Below, one piece after another: positions 39,798 through 50,204 of a stretch of 64,000 bases of DNA. The stretch is from Microcoleaceae cyanobacterium. GTDB taxonomy: Bacteria > Cyanobacteriota > Cyanobacteriia > Cyanobacteriales > Microcoleaceae. The stretch spans positions 1 through 64,000 of the forward strand of contig JBOFUV010000007.1 of the NCBI GenBank assembly GCA_051652765.1, written 5' to 3'. The notes beneath the pieces were generated by a model, which saw only the letters and a list, made by a program, of their open reading frames with translations, made no database searches and was not told the origin of the DNA. A program made the translations under genes and the position numbers. Each line of letters begins with the position of its first letter. The stretch's first letter is position 1.

Positions 39798-39944
39798 ATG
39801 GAATTTTCAGTGTTAAACATTTTAGTCATTGCCACACTCGTTTTACTCGTCTTGGTCACGACAGGGGTTGGCTACTTAACTGCGGTGGAGTGGCGCGATC
39901 GCCGCCGCCGCGATCAAGAAAAACGGAATGACAGGGTTAAATGA
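39798..39944 (+). CDS. Small single-TM protein (48 aa), not in the ORF track
   Basis: MEFSVLNILVIATLVLLVLVTTGVGYLTAVEWRDRRRRDQEKRNDRVK*: TM helix then basic tail; contains a HIP1 site. Confidence 0.75.
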   Translation: MEFSVLNILVIATLVLLVLVTTGVGYLTAVEWRDRRRRDQEKRNDRVK

Positions 39945-40118
39945 CGAGAGTTAAATGAAATTCGCCAGCAGTATCAAGTTTGGGCGCTTTCAGTAGTCCA
40001 TGTGCACCAAAATTGCTGTCAATAAAGGTTAGAGTCCCTTCGATAGAAACTCACGTTAAACTAGAATATAAGTTCACCTTGAAAAAAGAGTCATAATTCA
40101 AAGAAAAGGCGCAGCGAT

Positions 40119-42080
40119 ATGAAGGGATTCCGCATCCTCCAAAAGGCAGATCATCAATCCGCTCAGTTCAAATCCAAGTCCACATTTCAGAAACAGCACT
40201 TATGGCGAATGTTGGGAACCTGGGTGCTTGCTCAAGGATTAGTCTTTGGAACTCCCGCTTTCGCTGAGAGTATTCCTAAAACTCTAAGCTACACCGATCT
40301 TTTGGAAAAAATTGAAAGCGGGGAAGTGACTCGAATTGAGGAAGATCCTGCGCGACAGACGGCTCGAGTTTGGACGAAGACAGCAGCAGAGCCAGCCCCC
40401 GTCGAAGGGACAGAAAAGAAAGAATCAGAAGCAAGCCCAACCTATCGAGTTGACTTATTTGAACGGAATCCAGAGTTACTCAAGGCCGTTCGAGATCAGG
40501 GTATTGGCTATGAAGTCGCACCCTCAACGGATAACAGCGCCGCCATGGGACTAGTCGTGAATTTGCTGGTGATCTTTTTCATTTTGGCTTTCTTGTTAAT
40601 GATTTTGCGGCGCTCCTCCCAAGCCTCTGGAAATGCCCTGAACTTTGGCAAGTCAAAAGCTCGGTTCCAGATGGAAGCCAAAACAGGGGTAATGTTTGAT
40701 GATGTCGCCGGAATCGAAGAAGCCAAGGAAGAATTGCAAGAGGTCGTGACCTTTTTGAAACAACCCGAACGGTTTACTGCGATTGGAGCCCGAATCCCCA
40801 AGGGAGTGTTATTAATTGGCCCCCCAGGTACCGGAAAAACCCTCTTGGCAAAGGCGATCGCTGGGGAGGCAGGAGTTCCGTTCTTCAGTATCTCTGGCTC
40901 AGAATTTGTAGAAATGTTTGTTGGGGTTGGAGCCTCCAGAGTGCGCGATTTGTTCCGCAAGGCCAAGGAAAATTCTCCTTGCCTGGTCTTCATTGATGAA
41001 ATTGATGCCGTGGGTCGTCAGCGAGGGGCAGGAATTGGAGGTGGAAATGATGAACGGGAACAAACCCTCAACCAGTTATTGACAGAAATGGACGGGTTCG
41101 AGGGCAATGCTGGAGTCATTATTATTGCAGCAACGAATCGTCCCGATGTTCTAGATACAGCCCTGTTGCGTCCGGGACGATTTGATCGTCAGGTGATTGT
41201 CGATTTACCGGGTTACAACGGTCGTCTAGGGATTCTCAAGGTTCATGCTCGTAACAAAAAGCTGTCCGACGAGGTGGATCTAGAGGTAATCGCTCGTCGT
41301 ACCCCTGGTTTTTCAGGGGCAGATTTAGCGAATTTATTAAATGAGGCTGCCATCCTCACCGCCCGTCGTCGCAAAGAAGCTGTTACGCCGTTGGAAATTG
41401 ACGATGCCATCGATCGAATTACCATTGGTTTAACCTTAACTCCCTTGTTGGATAGTAAGAAAAAGCGGCTGACGGCCTATCACGAGATTGGTCATGCCTT
41501 GTTGATGACCGTGCTAGAGCATTCTGATCCCTTGAACAAAGTTACGATTATTCCTCGATCGGGTGGAGTCGGCGGGTTTGCTCAGCAGATCTTCAATGAA
41601 GAAATGGTTGACAGTGGACTGTACACTAAAGCTTGGCTGATGGATCAAATCACAATTGCCCTAGGCGGGCGGGCGGCTGAAATCGAAATTTTTGGGCCTT
41701 CAGAAGTTACGATTGGGGCCAGTAGTGACATTCAAAATGTGACCAATATTGCGCGTGAGATGGTCACACGCTACGGCATGTCTGATCTTGGCTCCTTAGC
41801 CTTGGAATCCCCGAATAGTGAAATATTCTTAGGGCGGGGATGGGTATCCCAGCCCCAAGAATACTCTGAAGAAGTTGCTGCCCAAATTGACCAGAAAGTG
41901 CGAGATATTGCTTTGCTTTGCGATGGTCGGGCTCGTAAAATCATCCGAGATCACCGGTCTCTGGTGGATGATCTGGTTGATTTACTGTTAGAGCGAGAAA
42001 CAATCGAAGGAGAGGAGTTCCGCAAAGTTGTTTCCGAACACATCACGTTGCCAAAGAAACAGTTGATTCCCAGTTGCTAA
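40119..42080 (+). CDS. ftsH: ATP-dependent zinc metalloprotease FtsH
   Basis: [34 protein letters not shown]. Confidence 0.97.
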   Translation: MKGFRILQKADHQSAQFKSKSTFQKQHLWRMLGTWVLAQGLVFGTPAFAESIPKTLSYTDLLEKIESGEVTRIEEDPARQTARVWTKTAAEPAPVEGTEKKESEASPTYRVDLFERNPELLKAVRDQGIGYEVAPSTDNSAAMGLVVNLLVIFFILAFLLMILRRSSQASGNALNFGKSKARFQMEAKTGVMFDDVAGIEEAKEELQEVVTFLKQPERFTAIGARIPKGVLLIGPPGTGKTLLAKAIAGEAGVPFFSISGSEFVEMFVGVGASRVRDLFRKAKENSPCLVFIDEIDAVGRQRGAGIGGGNDEREQTLNQLLTEMDGFEGNAGVIIIAATNRPDVLDTALLRPGRFDRQVIVDLPGYNGRLGILKVHARNKKLSDEVDLEVIARRTPGFSGADLANLLNEAAILTARRRKEAVTPLEIDDAIDRITIGLTLTPLLDSKKKRLTAYHEIGHALLMTVLEHSDPLNKVTIIPRSGGVGGFAQQIFNEEMVDSGLYTKAWLMDQITIALGGRAAEIEIFGPSEVTIGASSDIQNVTNIAREMVTRYGMSDLGSLALESPNSEIFLGRGWVSQPQEYSEEVAAQIDQKVRDIALLCDGRARKIIRDHRSLVDDLVDLLLERETIEGEEFRKVVSEHITLPKKQLIPSC

Positions 42081-42331
42081 TTGCTAATCTTTACTCTTGC
42101 TGCTGACCTTTGTAGAAATATTACAATTTGTTACGGCGATCATCAACACCATACCTGAGGGAATTGTGAAGATGAACCCCAAAGTTCTAGTTCTGTATTC
42201 AGGGATAGGCATATTATGTCCTCAGTAGGCTTGAGTTGGCATTATTTCATCATGAGTTCACGGTTTTCTAACATTGGCTTTCAGGTTCAAGGCTATACCA
42301 GATGAATTTACCGGATCACAAATACTTAGGA

Positions 42332-42465
42332 TATAATTGCTAATAGGAATAGAGATCGGTCGCAGTTTCGCTTTCAGTGTTTACAGTAGTTTGCTTCTGT
42401 TTCATCTTGTTAGGCTTGCCTCCGAAGTTTCTATCTCTACATCTGTTTGGTTTTGGAGACAAGAC
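42332..42465 (+). promoter_or_regulatory. rbp promoter (-10 TATAAT) and long 5' UTR with anti-RBS box
   Basis: TATAAT at 42332; CTCCGAA (42420-42426) can pair with the TTTGGAG RBS. Confidence 0.6.
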
Positions 42466-42777
42466 ATGTCGATTTACGTTGGAAATCTCTCCTATCAGGT
42501 TACGGAGGAGGATTTAAAGTCCGTATTTGCAGAATACGGCTCTGTTAAGCGAGTTCACTTGCCAACAGATCGAGAGACCGGGCGGCCCAGAGGCTTTGCT
42601 TTTGTGGAAATGGACACAGAAGCTGAAGAGGATGCTGCTATTGAAGATCTAGATGGTGCTGAGTGGATGCAACGCAACATTCGGGTCAATAAAGCAAAAC
42701 CTCGTGAGCAAAGAAGCTCATCCTCTCGCGGCAGCGGCGGCGGCGGAGGAGGAGGAGGAAATCGGAGAAGCTGGTAG
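42466..42777 (+). CDS. rbp: RRM RNA-binding protein with Gly-rich tail (RbpA family)
   Basis: MSIYVGNLSY (RNP2), RGFAFVEM (RNP1), GGGGGGG tail; the true start is 42466. Confidence 0.95.
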   Translation: MSIYVGNLSYQVTEEDLKSVFAEYGSVKRVHLPTDRETGRPRGFAFVEMDTEAEEDAAIEDLDGAEWMQRNIRVNKAKPREQRSSSSRGSGGGGGGGGNRRSW

Positions 42778-42838
42778 TTGCTTAAGGTGACTCAGTTTTG
42801 AGATAGAAATAAGAATCCGATTCCCAAAAATCTGGCTT

Positions 42839-42870
42839 AGGGACAGGGTAAAATCCCTGCCCTTTTTTGT
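42839..42870 (+). terminator. Intrinsic terminator after rbp
   Basis: AGGGACAGGG-TAAAAT-CCCTGCCCT followed by a T run. Confidence 0.7.
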
Positions 42871-43050
42871 TTTTGTGATTTGCCTTTGTAAGTTTTAGAG
42901 TATTTTAAGAAGGTAAGTTGTCTGGAAATGGGGTGGGTGAGATGTCTACGGACTCGTAAGATGGTTTCTCCACTGAGCACTTAATTTTGTACTAAATACT
43001 CTTAGAAGATAGATTAGGTCATAATAATCAAGCAAACTAGAGGATATTGA

Positions 43051-43251
43051 ATGACTCAGGTCACTATTGGTGAAAATGAACAGCTAGAATCAGCTATCCG
43101 TCGGTTTAGACGAAAAGTCTCTCACGCAGGTCTCTTTGCAGACATGAAGAAGAATCGCTATTTTGAGACATTGGCCCAGAAGCATAAGCGTAAAGAAGTT
43201 GCCCGACACCGTGAACGCCGAAGATTTAAGAATCGGGGACGCTCCAATTAA
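43051..43251 (+). CDS. rpsU: 30S ribosomal protein S21
   Basis: [40 protein letters not shown]. Confidence 0.95.
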   Translation: MTQVTIGENEQLESAIRRFRRKVSHAGLFADMKKNRYFETLAQKHKRKEVARHRERRRFKNRGRSN

Positions 43252-43588
43252 ATTCTAATTGCTGCTCGCAACTCTCCAAAACTGCTTTTGTTGCTTGATA
43301 GAGGAGCAACATAGATCCCAAGAATAGGATCAAGGTTTGTAGTTTCTGACCCAGTAGTGATTGACCTCTGCAAATTTTATGGGTTCTTGATTCCTCAAAC
43401 TCTTGTTTCAGTGGGGGCAAGGTGACTTCGCCCCTACGATCAGAATTTTTTTGTGAGACCCAACCTTTCAAGCCTAGGTGAAGTGCAAGGTGAAATGCAA
43501 AACGACTAGTGACCTGAACTTGCTGTTGAGTTGGAAGGTTTCAGTAAAATAAGGGCTTAGTACCTTAGTATTCCTTAACCCACTGACC

Positions 43589-44563
43589 ATGAATACTCAG
43601 CAAGATTTTTCAAAGCTGCCAATTGACACGAAAATAATTCAGACAACCGATGCAGAATCCTTTGAAGATTTTTCTTTAACTCCTGAAATAATTCAACGGG
43701 CTCGAGAGGGGGTAACAGCAGCTTGCGATCGCGGGGTTTGTTATAGTGTTCAACTGGCTTTGAAGCGGGTTGCCGATCTCGCTCAGGAGCCTAGTCCTAT
43801 TGTTGGTGGAGAGTTTCGTCGGCAAGTCATCCGAACCTTAATCCATAGCCTATTTCGAATCAGAGTTGAATATCCCGAACGATTGCCAACAACAGGTGCA
43901 ATCTTGGCGGCCAATCATCTGAATCACATTGACCCCTTTATTCTTCTCTCCGAGATTCCTGCCCAACCCTATAGTCATATTTTGGGGGATGCTCGCACGT
44001 TATATAACCACGGATGGAAACGGCTACTGTTGAACTGGTCAGGGGGCGTGATCCCGGTTGAGCGTTGGTGGCGGGAAGAACTTGCGGTGATTGCAGGAGC
44101 CAATGCAGGTCGAGAAGACCTGGCAAGTCTGGCTACAGCAATTCAACAATGTGTGCCCTCTGGTAACACAATTCAGTCCTTGCGCCAAATCGACCGGGCT
44201 GTTCAAGGAATTCTAGCGGAAGGAGACCGTATTATTCTTTTTCCAGAGGGACGTTTAGGAACCCAAGAAGCTCGACTCCATTTACCGTTTAAGCGCGGAA
44301 TTGCAATTTACGCCATCCGGGCCGGAGTTCCAATCGTGCCGATTGCCTTGATTGGAACTCGGGACTTATATCTCGGCAAGCTCCTAACCATTCGATTTGG
44401 AGAACCGATTCCTACAACTCAAGGTGATCGACCCAAGCGACACCAGGTCAATACCATCTTGAAACAGCTTGAAGAGGCTCTGATCACCCTATTACCCCCA
44501 ACCTACCAAGAACCCCAAGAATTCAGGCTCTTGAGTCGGTTTCTCAACCAAATGTTGTGCTAG
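43589..44563 (+). CDS. Lysophospholipid acyltransferase (PlsC family)
   Basis: NHLNHIDP (HX4D), FPEGR, VPIVPIALIG. Confidence 0.9.
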   Translation: MNTQQDFSKLPIDTKIIQTTDAESFEDFSLTPEIIQRAREGVTAACDRGVCYSVQLALKRVADLAQEPSPIVGGEFRRQVIRTLIHSLFRIRVEYPERLPTTGAILAANHLNHIDPFILLSEIPAQPYSHILGDARTLYNHGWKRLLLNWSGGVIPVERWWREELAVIAGANAGREDLASLATAIQQCVPSGNTIQSLRQIDRAVQGILAEGDRIILFPEGRLGTQEARLHLPFKRGIAIYAIRAGVPIVPIALIGTRDLYLGKLLTIRFGEPIPTTQGDRPKRHQVNTILKQLEEALITLLPPTYQEPQEFRLLSRFLNQMLC

Positions 44564-45356
44564 ACCGAAACCATTGATATTTTAGGGCGGAGCCTAGAAG
44601 GGTGATGAGAACGATTCCAAGAGTTCCCAGTCCAATCGGACTTGGAACCCAAAAAATAGCCTCCAGTTGATTGATCTCTCCCGGTCTCAAGGCCCAAATC
44701 AGTTTTTTGCCGTTTTGCCTTGCCGTTACCGTCAAAGGCTGTGAGTTTGAGGGTTCTGAACTGCCTCGATTTACACTATCTTGATTCAGGGCTGGCTGTA
44801 GAATATGGGCTCCCCAAGGAGTGACTAAATCAAATTCTAAATTGAGCAGATTGCCTGAATCAATCAGAACTTTATTCTGAGTTGACAACACAGCCAGCGA
44901 TCGCAGGTCTAGCTCCAAATTCAGATGGTTCCGCAGGGCAAAAAACAAATTATTTTGAGCGAGGTCTAGATGAGAGGAAAACTGGGGCAGGTCACTCTCC
45001 AAGTCGCCTTTTGGTTTGCGATCTTTCTTGAGATCTTGAGGAGCAGGAGGATTAAAAAATTGGTTGAACTTCTGTTCTAAATCCGCCCCATTGTAAAAGG
45101 GAATCGTGATTTTTAGCTCTTGATTGGAAATTCGTTGCGTGGTTCCATGAACCTGTTGAACTTGACGATTCAGGCTACTAATCCACTGATCAATCGCACT
45201 CGGACTGAGACTAGACAGTCGTTCCGTTAACTTAATCGATTGAACAATCTGGCCATGGGTTTGATCTTGGAACCGAATCCCGATGTCAGACTGCACACAA
45301 CCACTCAACAGAAACACAGCCATGAAAACTGTGATCAGGTGTCTCATCCCTTTCAT
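44544..45356 (-). CDS. DUF3153-like lipoprotein
   Basis: LLSGC lipobox after ATG 45356/45347; IPFYNGADLEQKFNQFF; C-terminal WVPSPIGLG plus TM. Confidence 0.8.
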   Translation of the reverse strand: MKGMRHLITVFMAVFLLSGCVQSDIGIRFQDQTHGQIVQSIKLTERLSSLSPSAIDQWISSLNRQVQQVHGTTQRISNQELKITIPFYNGADLEQKFNQFFNPPAPQDLKKDRKPKGDLESDLPQFSSHLDLAQNNLFFALRNHLNLELDLRSLAVLSTQNKVLIDSGNLLNLEFDLVTPWGAHILQPALNQDSVNRGSSEPSNSQPLTVTARQNGKKLIWALRPGEINQLEAIFWVPSPIGLGTLGIVLITLLGSALKYQWFRSSTTFG

Positions 45357-45449
45357 GATGTTAATGCCTCCAACCTTGTCTGAACTCCCTAATATTCTAC
45401 GCAGAGTTGACCTTATTCTATCTGGATTAGCATTTACGAACTGGGTAAG

Positions 45450-45681
45450 GGGGCATTTCCCCATTTAGGAACGTATCCCCGAATCTCTATCGATCCCAGC
45501 CATTTGCATTGGGTGGGGCCAATTGCGATGGTCAGGTATTTGTCACCTCTGATTTCCTAGGACTATCAGCTTGGCAACCTCCTTTTGTCAAGACTTAGCC
45601 AATCTGCACCAGACTATTACTTAAGCTGTGCAACAGTTCTGTCCCGAAGTCAAGGATCAAAAATTTCCAGAATCCAGTTGA
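45450..45681 (+). pseudogene. panB: Decayed 3' fragment of panB (ketopantoate hydroxymethyltransferase)
   Basis: With frameshifts it reads LSIPAICIG / GANCDGQVFVTSDFLGLSAWQPPFVKT / ANLHQTIT*AVQQFCPEVKDQKFP, matching the PanB C-terminus (IPTIGIGAG..CDGQVLV..D.LG..P.F.K). Confidence 0.8.
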
Positions 45682-45845
45682 TTAGTTTTTCTTCTACAAC
45701 ACAGAAATCAGTACTGGATTTGAAGTTAATTCCAACTTCGTTGATATGTGTCTTGTAGGCTTTTAAAAGCCCTGCGCTTCAGGGCCTTTAAAAAATAAAA
45801 TATAATTGATCAACTGATGTTTTTGGGCTTATTTCCACTAAAGTT

Positions 45846-46160
45846 TTAGGTATCATTATTAATGGATGGGTCTGTCTTGGACTGATAAGATCTATCTGAC
45901 GGTCTATATACTAGATTATGAAACTTGTTTGCGGGTCTTTGTAAAGACTCTGGCTGCAACTCTGGCAGAGTAACATAAAATTCGTAATTTTCACATCTGT
46001 ACAATCTGAAGGAAGAATTCTCCTCGAAAAAGATTTGTGGTAAATAAATCTGATGATTCAACTGAAGTAATTCAGCAATCAGAGAAAACTTTGTCCAAAT
46101 ATTTCCTGTTCTGATATATTCATCTCTGATGATCGTTTTGATTAGGTACTCTACACTCAT
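45846..46160 (-). CDS. Hypothetical protein (104 aa, AT-rich)
   Basis: Open frame with ATG in an AT-rich region; no family recognised. Confidence 0.4.
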   Translation of the reverse strand: MSVEYLIKTIIRDEYIRTGNIWTKFSLIAELLQLNHQIYLPQIFFEENSSFRLYRCENYEFYVTLPELQPESLQRPANKFHNLVYRPSDRSYQSKTDPSINNDT

Positions 46161-46675
46161 GCCAAACTCATTGATTGGTTAAAGACAATCAGTAACTACA
46201 GGATGTAGATATCAGAACTCCAAATGATTGAGTTCGGATTCTACTAAAACATTTGTTTTTATTGGATGTTTAATTAAATTATTTATCAGGTGTTCTTGAC
46301 AATTTAAAACAATCAAGATTAAGTCCTGTTAAGGAAGTGTAAAATCAAATCACCTGTTCCTAAATCTAGTTTGTGCTGTGAAGTACAATTAAACTAAAGG
46401 ACTATTAGCAGAGAGGAAACAGAATTGTGGTTTGTCTAAATTTATTTTGCAGGTCAGATTGACTCTAGAAAATCCAACAAACCTACGAAAGTGTTAGGTT
46501 GAGAGTGTTAGTCTTGCTAGTTTGACACCAACTAGCATAGTCCAATCAAGTTTGACAAACCACTCACTTGTTTTCCCTGTAGATTGGTTTTTAAAACTTG
46601 AGGAGAAGGTTACACCGATCAAATTAACTGTACTCAAATTACAGGAATTCTAATTGTTTATTGAGAGGCATCGCC

Positions 46676-49651
46676 GTGGTTGCATTAACTTCAGACACTT
46701 ACGAACCCAAAACCCAAGAAATTGCTCAAGAACTTCTCGCTGCAACACAAGAGAAAAAACGCTCATTTTTAGGTCAATTGCAAGATCAAATGCGTTGGGA
46801 TGAGAAGCTGTTGGATTGGACGATGGCGAACCCTGGATTACGGGTGCAGTTGTTCCATTTCATCGATTGCCTACCTGCCCTTCGGAGCAAACCTGAAATT
46901 GCCACCCACCTACAGGAATATTTAACCGCAGAGCAGGTGGAATTGCCGGAGGCACTGAAAAAGTTACTCAACTTTGCCAATCCCGATTCCATGGCTGGAA
47001 AGTTGGCGGCAACAACCGTTGCTCCGGCGGTAGAAACCCTCGCTCACAAATACATTGCCGGAGATACGATTCCTCAGGTGATCAAAACCTTGGAAAAGTT
47101 GCGGAAGGATAAACTGGCCTTCACCGTTGATCTACTCGGAGAAGCGGTGATTACCGAAGAGGAAGCCTTAGCTTACCTGAACAGCTATCTAGAACTGATG
47201 GAGAAGCTGACAGCAGCGGCCAACAAATGGTCGCCCGTGCCACAAATTGACGAAGCCGAGGGCAAGCCGATTTCAAAAGTTCAGGTTTCGGTTAAGTTAA
47301 CGGCGTTCTATTCCCAGTTTGATCCCCTCGATGCCAAGGGTAGTGAATTGCATGTCAGCGATCGCATCCGCACTCTCCTGCGTCGCGCCAAGGAGCTCGG
47401 AGCAGCGGTTCACTTTGATATGGAGCAATACGCTTACAAAGATCTAACCTTCAGCATTTTGAAGAATTTGTTGATGGAAGAGGAGTTTCGGGATCACACC
47501 GATATTGGCCTGACGGTGCAAGCTTATTTGCGAGATGCTCGAAAAGATTTGGCAGGAATTATCGAATGGGCCAAACTCCGGGAGCATCCGGTAACCGTCC
47601 GGTTAGTCAAGGGAGCCTACTGGGATCAGGAGACCATTAGGGCCATGCAAAATGACTGGCCTCAGCCTGTATTTAATGATAAAGCAGCGACAGATGCCAC
47701 CTTTGAACAGTTGACCCAGTTGATGCTGGAGAATCATCAATGGATTTACTCTGCCATTGGTAGCCATAACGTTCGGTCTCAAGCGCGGGCGATCGCCATT
47801 GCTGAACAGTTACAAATTCCTCGTCGGTGTTTTGAAATGCAAGTCCTCTACGGCATGGGAGATCAACTGGCCAAAGCCCTGACGCAGAAAGGCTATCGGG
47901 TGCGGATGTACTGTCCTTACGGAGATCTGTTGCCGGGAATGTCCTACCTCATTCGGCGGCTCTTGGAGAATACGGCCAACTCTTCTTTCCTGCGCCAGAG
48001 TTCAGAAGATCGACCCATGGATCAGTTGCTTGCCCCGCCCAACCCCGATATTGAAAGCAACATTGCTGATACGTGGAAACCTGTGTTTCCAAACGTGGCA
48101 GACAGTAACTTTGCAAATCCAGTCTTACGAGATCAGGGGTTGAAAGCCCTGGAAACCGTGGGCCAACAGTTGGGGAAAACCTATCTGCCGTTAATTAATG
48201 GCAAACGGGAACAGACAGAGGTTACGGTGAATTCCGTGAATCCCACCCATCCCGATGAAATTGTTGGCATCATCGGCTTACTCAGCATAGACCAAGCTGA
48301 ACAAGCCATTCAAGCAGCCAAAGCTGCTTTTCCCCAGTGGAAGCGAACTCCGGTGCGAGAACGGGCTGGGGTGTTAAGAAAAGCTGCCGAACTGTTGTCA
48401 CAACGGCGCTATGAACTCTGCGCTTGGATGGCCTACGAAGTCGGAAAAACCTTGCCCCAGTCCGATGCGGAAGTCTCTGAAGCCATTGATTTTTGCCGTT
48501 ACTATGCCGACGAGATGGAACGGTTGGATCAAGGCTATATCTACGACACCGCCGGAGAAACGGATCGCTACCACTACCAACCGCGAGGAATTTCTCTAGT
48601 GATTTCCCCTTGGAACTTCCCGTTGGCGATTCCCGTGGGCATGACTGTGGCTTCCCTGGTTACAGGAAATTGCACCCTGCTGAAACCGGCAGAAGTTTCT
48701 TCGGTGATCGCTGCCAAAATTGCCGAAATTTTGGTGGATGCAGGGGTTCCAGCCGGAGTCTTCCAATACATCCCCTGCAAGGGCTCTACCGTAGGTTCCC
48801 ATCTGGTCAAGCATCCAGCAGTTCACATGATCACCTTCACGGGTTCCCAAGAAGTTGGCAGTCGGATCTACGCCGAAGCGGCAATCTTGCAACCTGGACA
48901 GAGACATCTCAAACGAGTCATTGCTGAAATGGGGGGCAAAAACGCCATCATCGTGGATGAGAGCGCCGATCTTGATCAGGCGGTGGCGGGGGTGGTTTAT
49001 TCAGCCTTTGGCTACAGCGGCCAGAAATGTTCGGCCTGTTCCCGTGTGATTGTATTGGAACCGATTTATGATGCCTTGATCAAACGGTTGGTAGCAGCGG
49101 TGCGATCGCTCAATGTTGGTGATCCGCTCAATCCGAGTACCTTTGTTGGGCCTGTGATTGATAGTAATGCCCAGCGAAACATTCAACAATACATTGAAAT
49201 TGGCAAACAAGAAGCAGAATTAGCCATTCAAGTTGAGGCTCCAACCACCGGATATTTTGTCCCGCCGACAGTTTTTACTAACGTTTCTCCCACTGCAAAA
49301 ATTGCCCAATCAGAAATTTTTGGCCCGGTTTTAACGGTGATTAAAGCCAGAAACTTTGATCATGCCATTGAGATTGCTAACGGGACAAATTATGCCTTAA
49401 CGGGTGGGTTATACTCTCGCACGCCTTCCCATATTGCCCAGGCAAAAGCTGATTTTGAAGTGGGAAATTTGTATATTAACCGAGGTATTACCGGGGCAAT
49501 TGTATCTCGTCAACCCTTCGGCGGCTTTAAACTTTCTGGTGTTGGTTCTAAGGCGGGGGGGCCGGATTACTTGTTACAATTTCTCGAACCGCGAACAATT
49601 ACTGAGAACATTCAGCGGCAGGGTTTTGCTCCAATTGAAGGGGTGGATTAA
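46676..49651 (+). CDS. putA: Bifunctional proline dehydrogenase / P5C dehydrogenase
   Basis: RLVKGAYWD, YLIRRLLENTAN, FTGS, EMGGKNA, GQKCSACS, EIFGP. GTG 46676 follows GAGAGG. Confidence 0.96.
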   Translation: MVALTSDTYEPKTQEIAQELLAATQEKKRSFLGQLQDQMRWDEKLLDWTMANPGLRVQLFHFIDCLPALRSKPEIATHLQEYLTAEQVELPEALKKLLNFANPDSMAGKLAATTVAPAVETLAHKYIAGDTIPQVIKTLEKLRKDKLAFTVDLLGEAVITEEEALAYLNSYLELMEKLTAAANKWSPVPQIDEAEGKPISKVQVSVKLTAFYSQFDPLDAKGSELHVSDRIRTLLRRAKELGAAVHFDMEQYAYKDLTFSILKNLLMEEEFRDHTDIGLTVQAYLRDARKDLAGIIEWAKLREHPVTVRLVKGAYWDQETIRAMQNDWPQPVFNDKAATDATFEQLTQLMLENHQWIYSAIGSHNVRSQARAIAIAEQLQIPRRCFEMQVLYGMGDQLAKALTQKGYRVRMYCPYGDLLPGMSYLIRRLLENTANSSFLRQSSEDRPMDQLLAPPNPDIESNIADTWKPVFPNVADSNFANPVLRDQGLKALETVGQQLGKTYLPLINGKREQTEVTVNSVNPTHPDEIVGIIGLLSIDQAEQAIQAAKAAFPQWKRTPVRERAGVLRKAAELLSQRRYELCAWMAYEVGKTLPQSDAEVSEAIDFCRYYADEMERLDQGYIYDTAGETDRYHYQPRGISLVISPWNFPLAIPVGMTVASLVTGNCTLLKPAEVSSVIAAKIAEILVDAGVPAGVFQYIPCKGSTVGSHLVKHPAVHMITFTGSQEVGSRIYAEAAILQPGQRHLKRVIAEMGGKNAIIVDESADLDQAVAGVVYSAFGYSGQKCSACSRVIVLEPIYDALIKRLVAAVRSLNVGDPLNPSTFVGPVIDSNAQRNIQQYIEIGKQEAELAIQVEAPTTGYFVPPTVFTNVSPTAKIAQSEIFGPVLTVIKARNFDHAIEIANGTNYALTGGLYSRTPSHIAQAKADFEVGNLYINRGITGAIVSRQPFGGFKLSGVGSKAGGPDYLLQFLEPRTITENIQRQGFAPIEGVD

Positions 49652-49779
49652 TTAACTTTAAAGGGCAGGGAGCGCAGTACTACCTGGCAGTTATCGCTCC
49701 CTAACTTAGACTAAAAAGTCTACTCAATCATAGAGTAACTTTTGTTGGAACTGCTCTTACCCCTGTTGGAAATAAATGT

Positions 49780-49990
49780 ACTATTTTGGTAGCCTTTAAG
49801 CCTAATCAAAAAAACTCTGATACCTCCATGCATCTGTCTTCTTTCCTGGAAGATCTTTTTGACAGAGTTATTGACCTGACTACCATCGAATCATTCAGCC
49901 CCTACATCGGCCTGGATATTCTGGATGAAGCTGAGTATATCTTCCTCAGCTCGTAAGTGCACATTTTCGATGGGACAACTGACGTTGTAG
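49780..49990 (+). pseudogene. Remnant of an MNT antitoxin C-terminus plus a probable HepT toxin start
   Basis: ILVAFKPNQKNSDTSMHLSSFLEDLFDRVIDLTTIESFSPYIGLDILDEAEYIFLSS* (stop 49956); catalytic GS/DxD N-terminus absent; overlapping SSSAR../HIFDGTT resembles a HepT N-terminus. Confidence 0.65.
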
Positions 49991-50139
49991 CTTTGTTAGA
50001 TGAGGAACAGTGCTGTGGGCAACAGCAACCATGGACTCACATGATTCTAATACTAAGGTAGTGGAACAATCAACTACTACCCTAGATTTGCACCCGTTTA
50101 TACTATGGCCCTCTGTTATATTGTTGCTTGCAACACAGT

Positions 50140-50204
50140 TTCATGAAGCTTGTTTACGAAGCTTGTTTACGAAGCTGATTTATGAAGCTGATTTATGAAG
50201 CTTG
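50140..50204. repeat. Tandem 13-bp repeat x5 (TTTAYGAAGCT core), including the cyAbrB stop codon
   Basis: Seen directly. Confidence 0.9.

Noticed and set aside
39798..39944. NdhP or NdhQ identity for the 48-aa peptide
   Set aside because: It lacks the NdhP (GFYDTD..HG) and NdhQ (KF.GAD..W) signatures.
42337..42465. N-terminal extension of Rbp given in the ORF track
   Set aside because: The family starts at MSIYVGNL with an RBS before 42466; the extension is the 5' UTR.
43226..43471. 81-aa minus-strand ORF next to rpsU
   Set aside because: TTG start, overlaps the rpsU end and runs through a REP-like GGGGC..GCCCCTAC palindrome; unsupported.
45357..45464. Long N-terminus of the DUF3153 ORF
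   Set aside because: The lipobox position implies a start at 45356/45347, and the extension overlaps the panB remnant.
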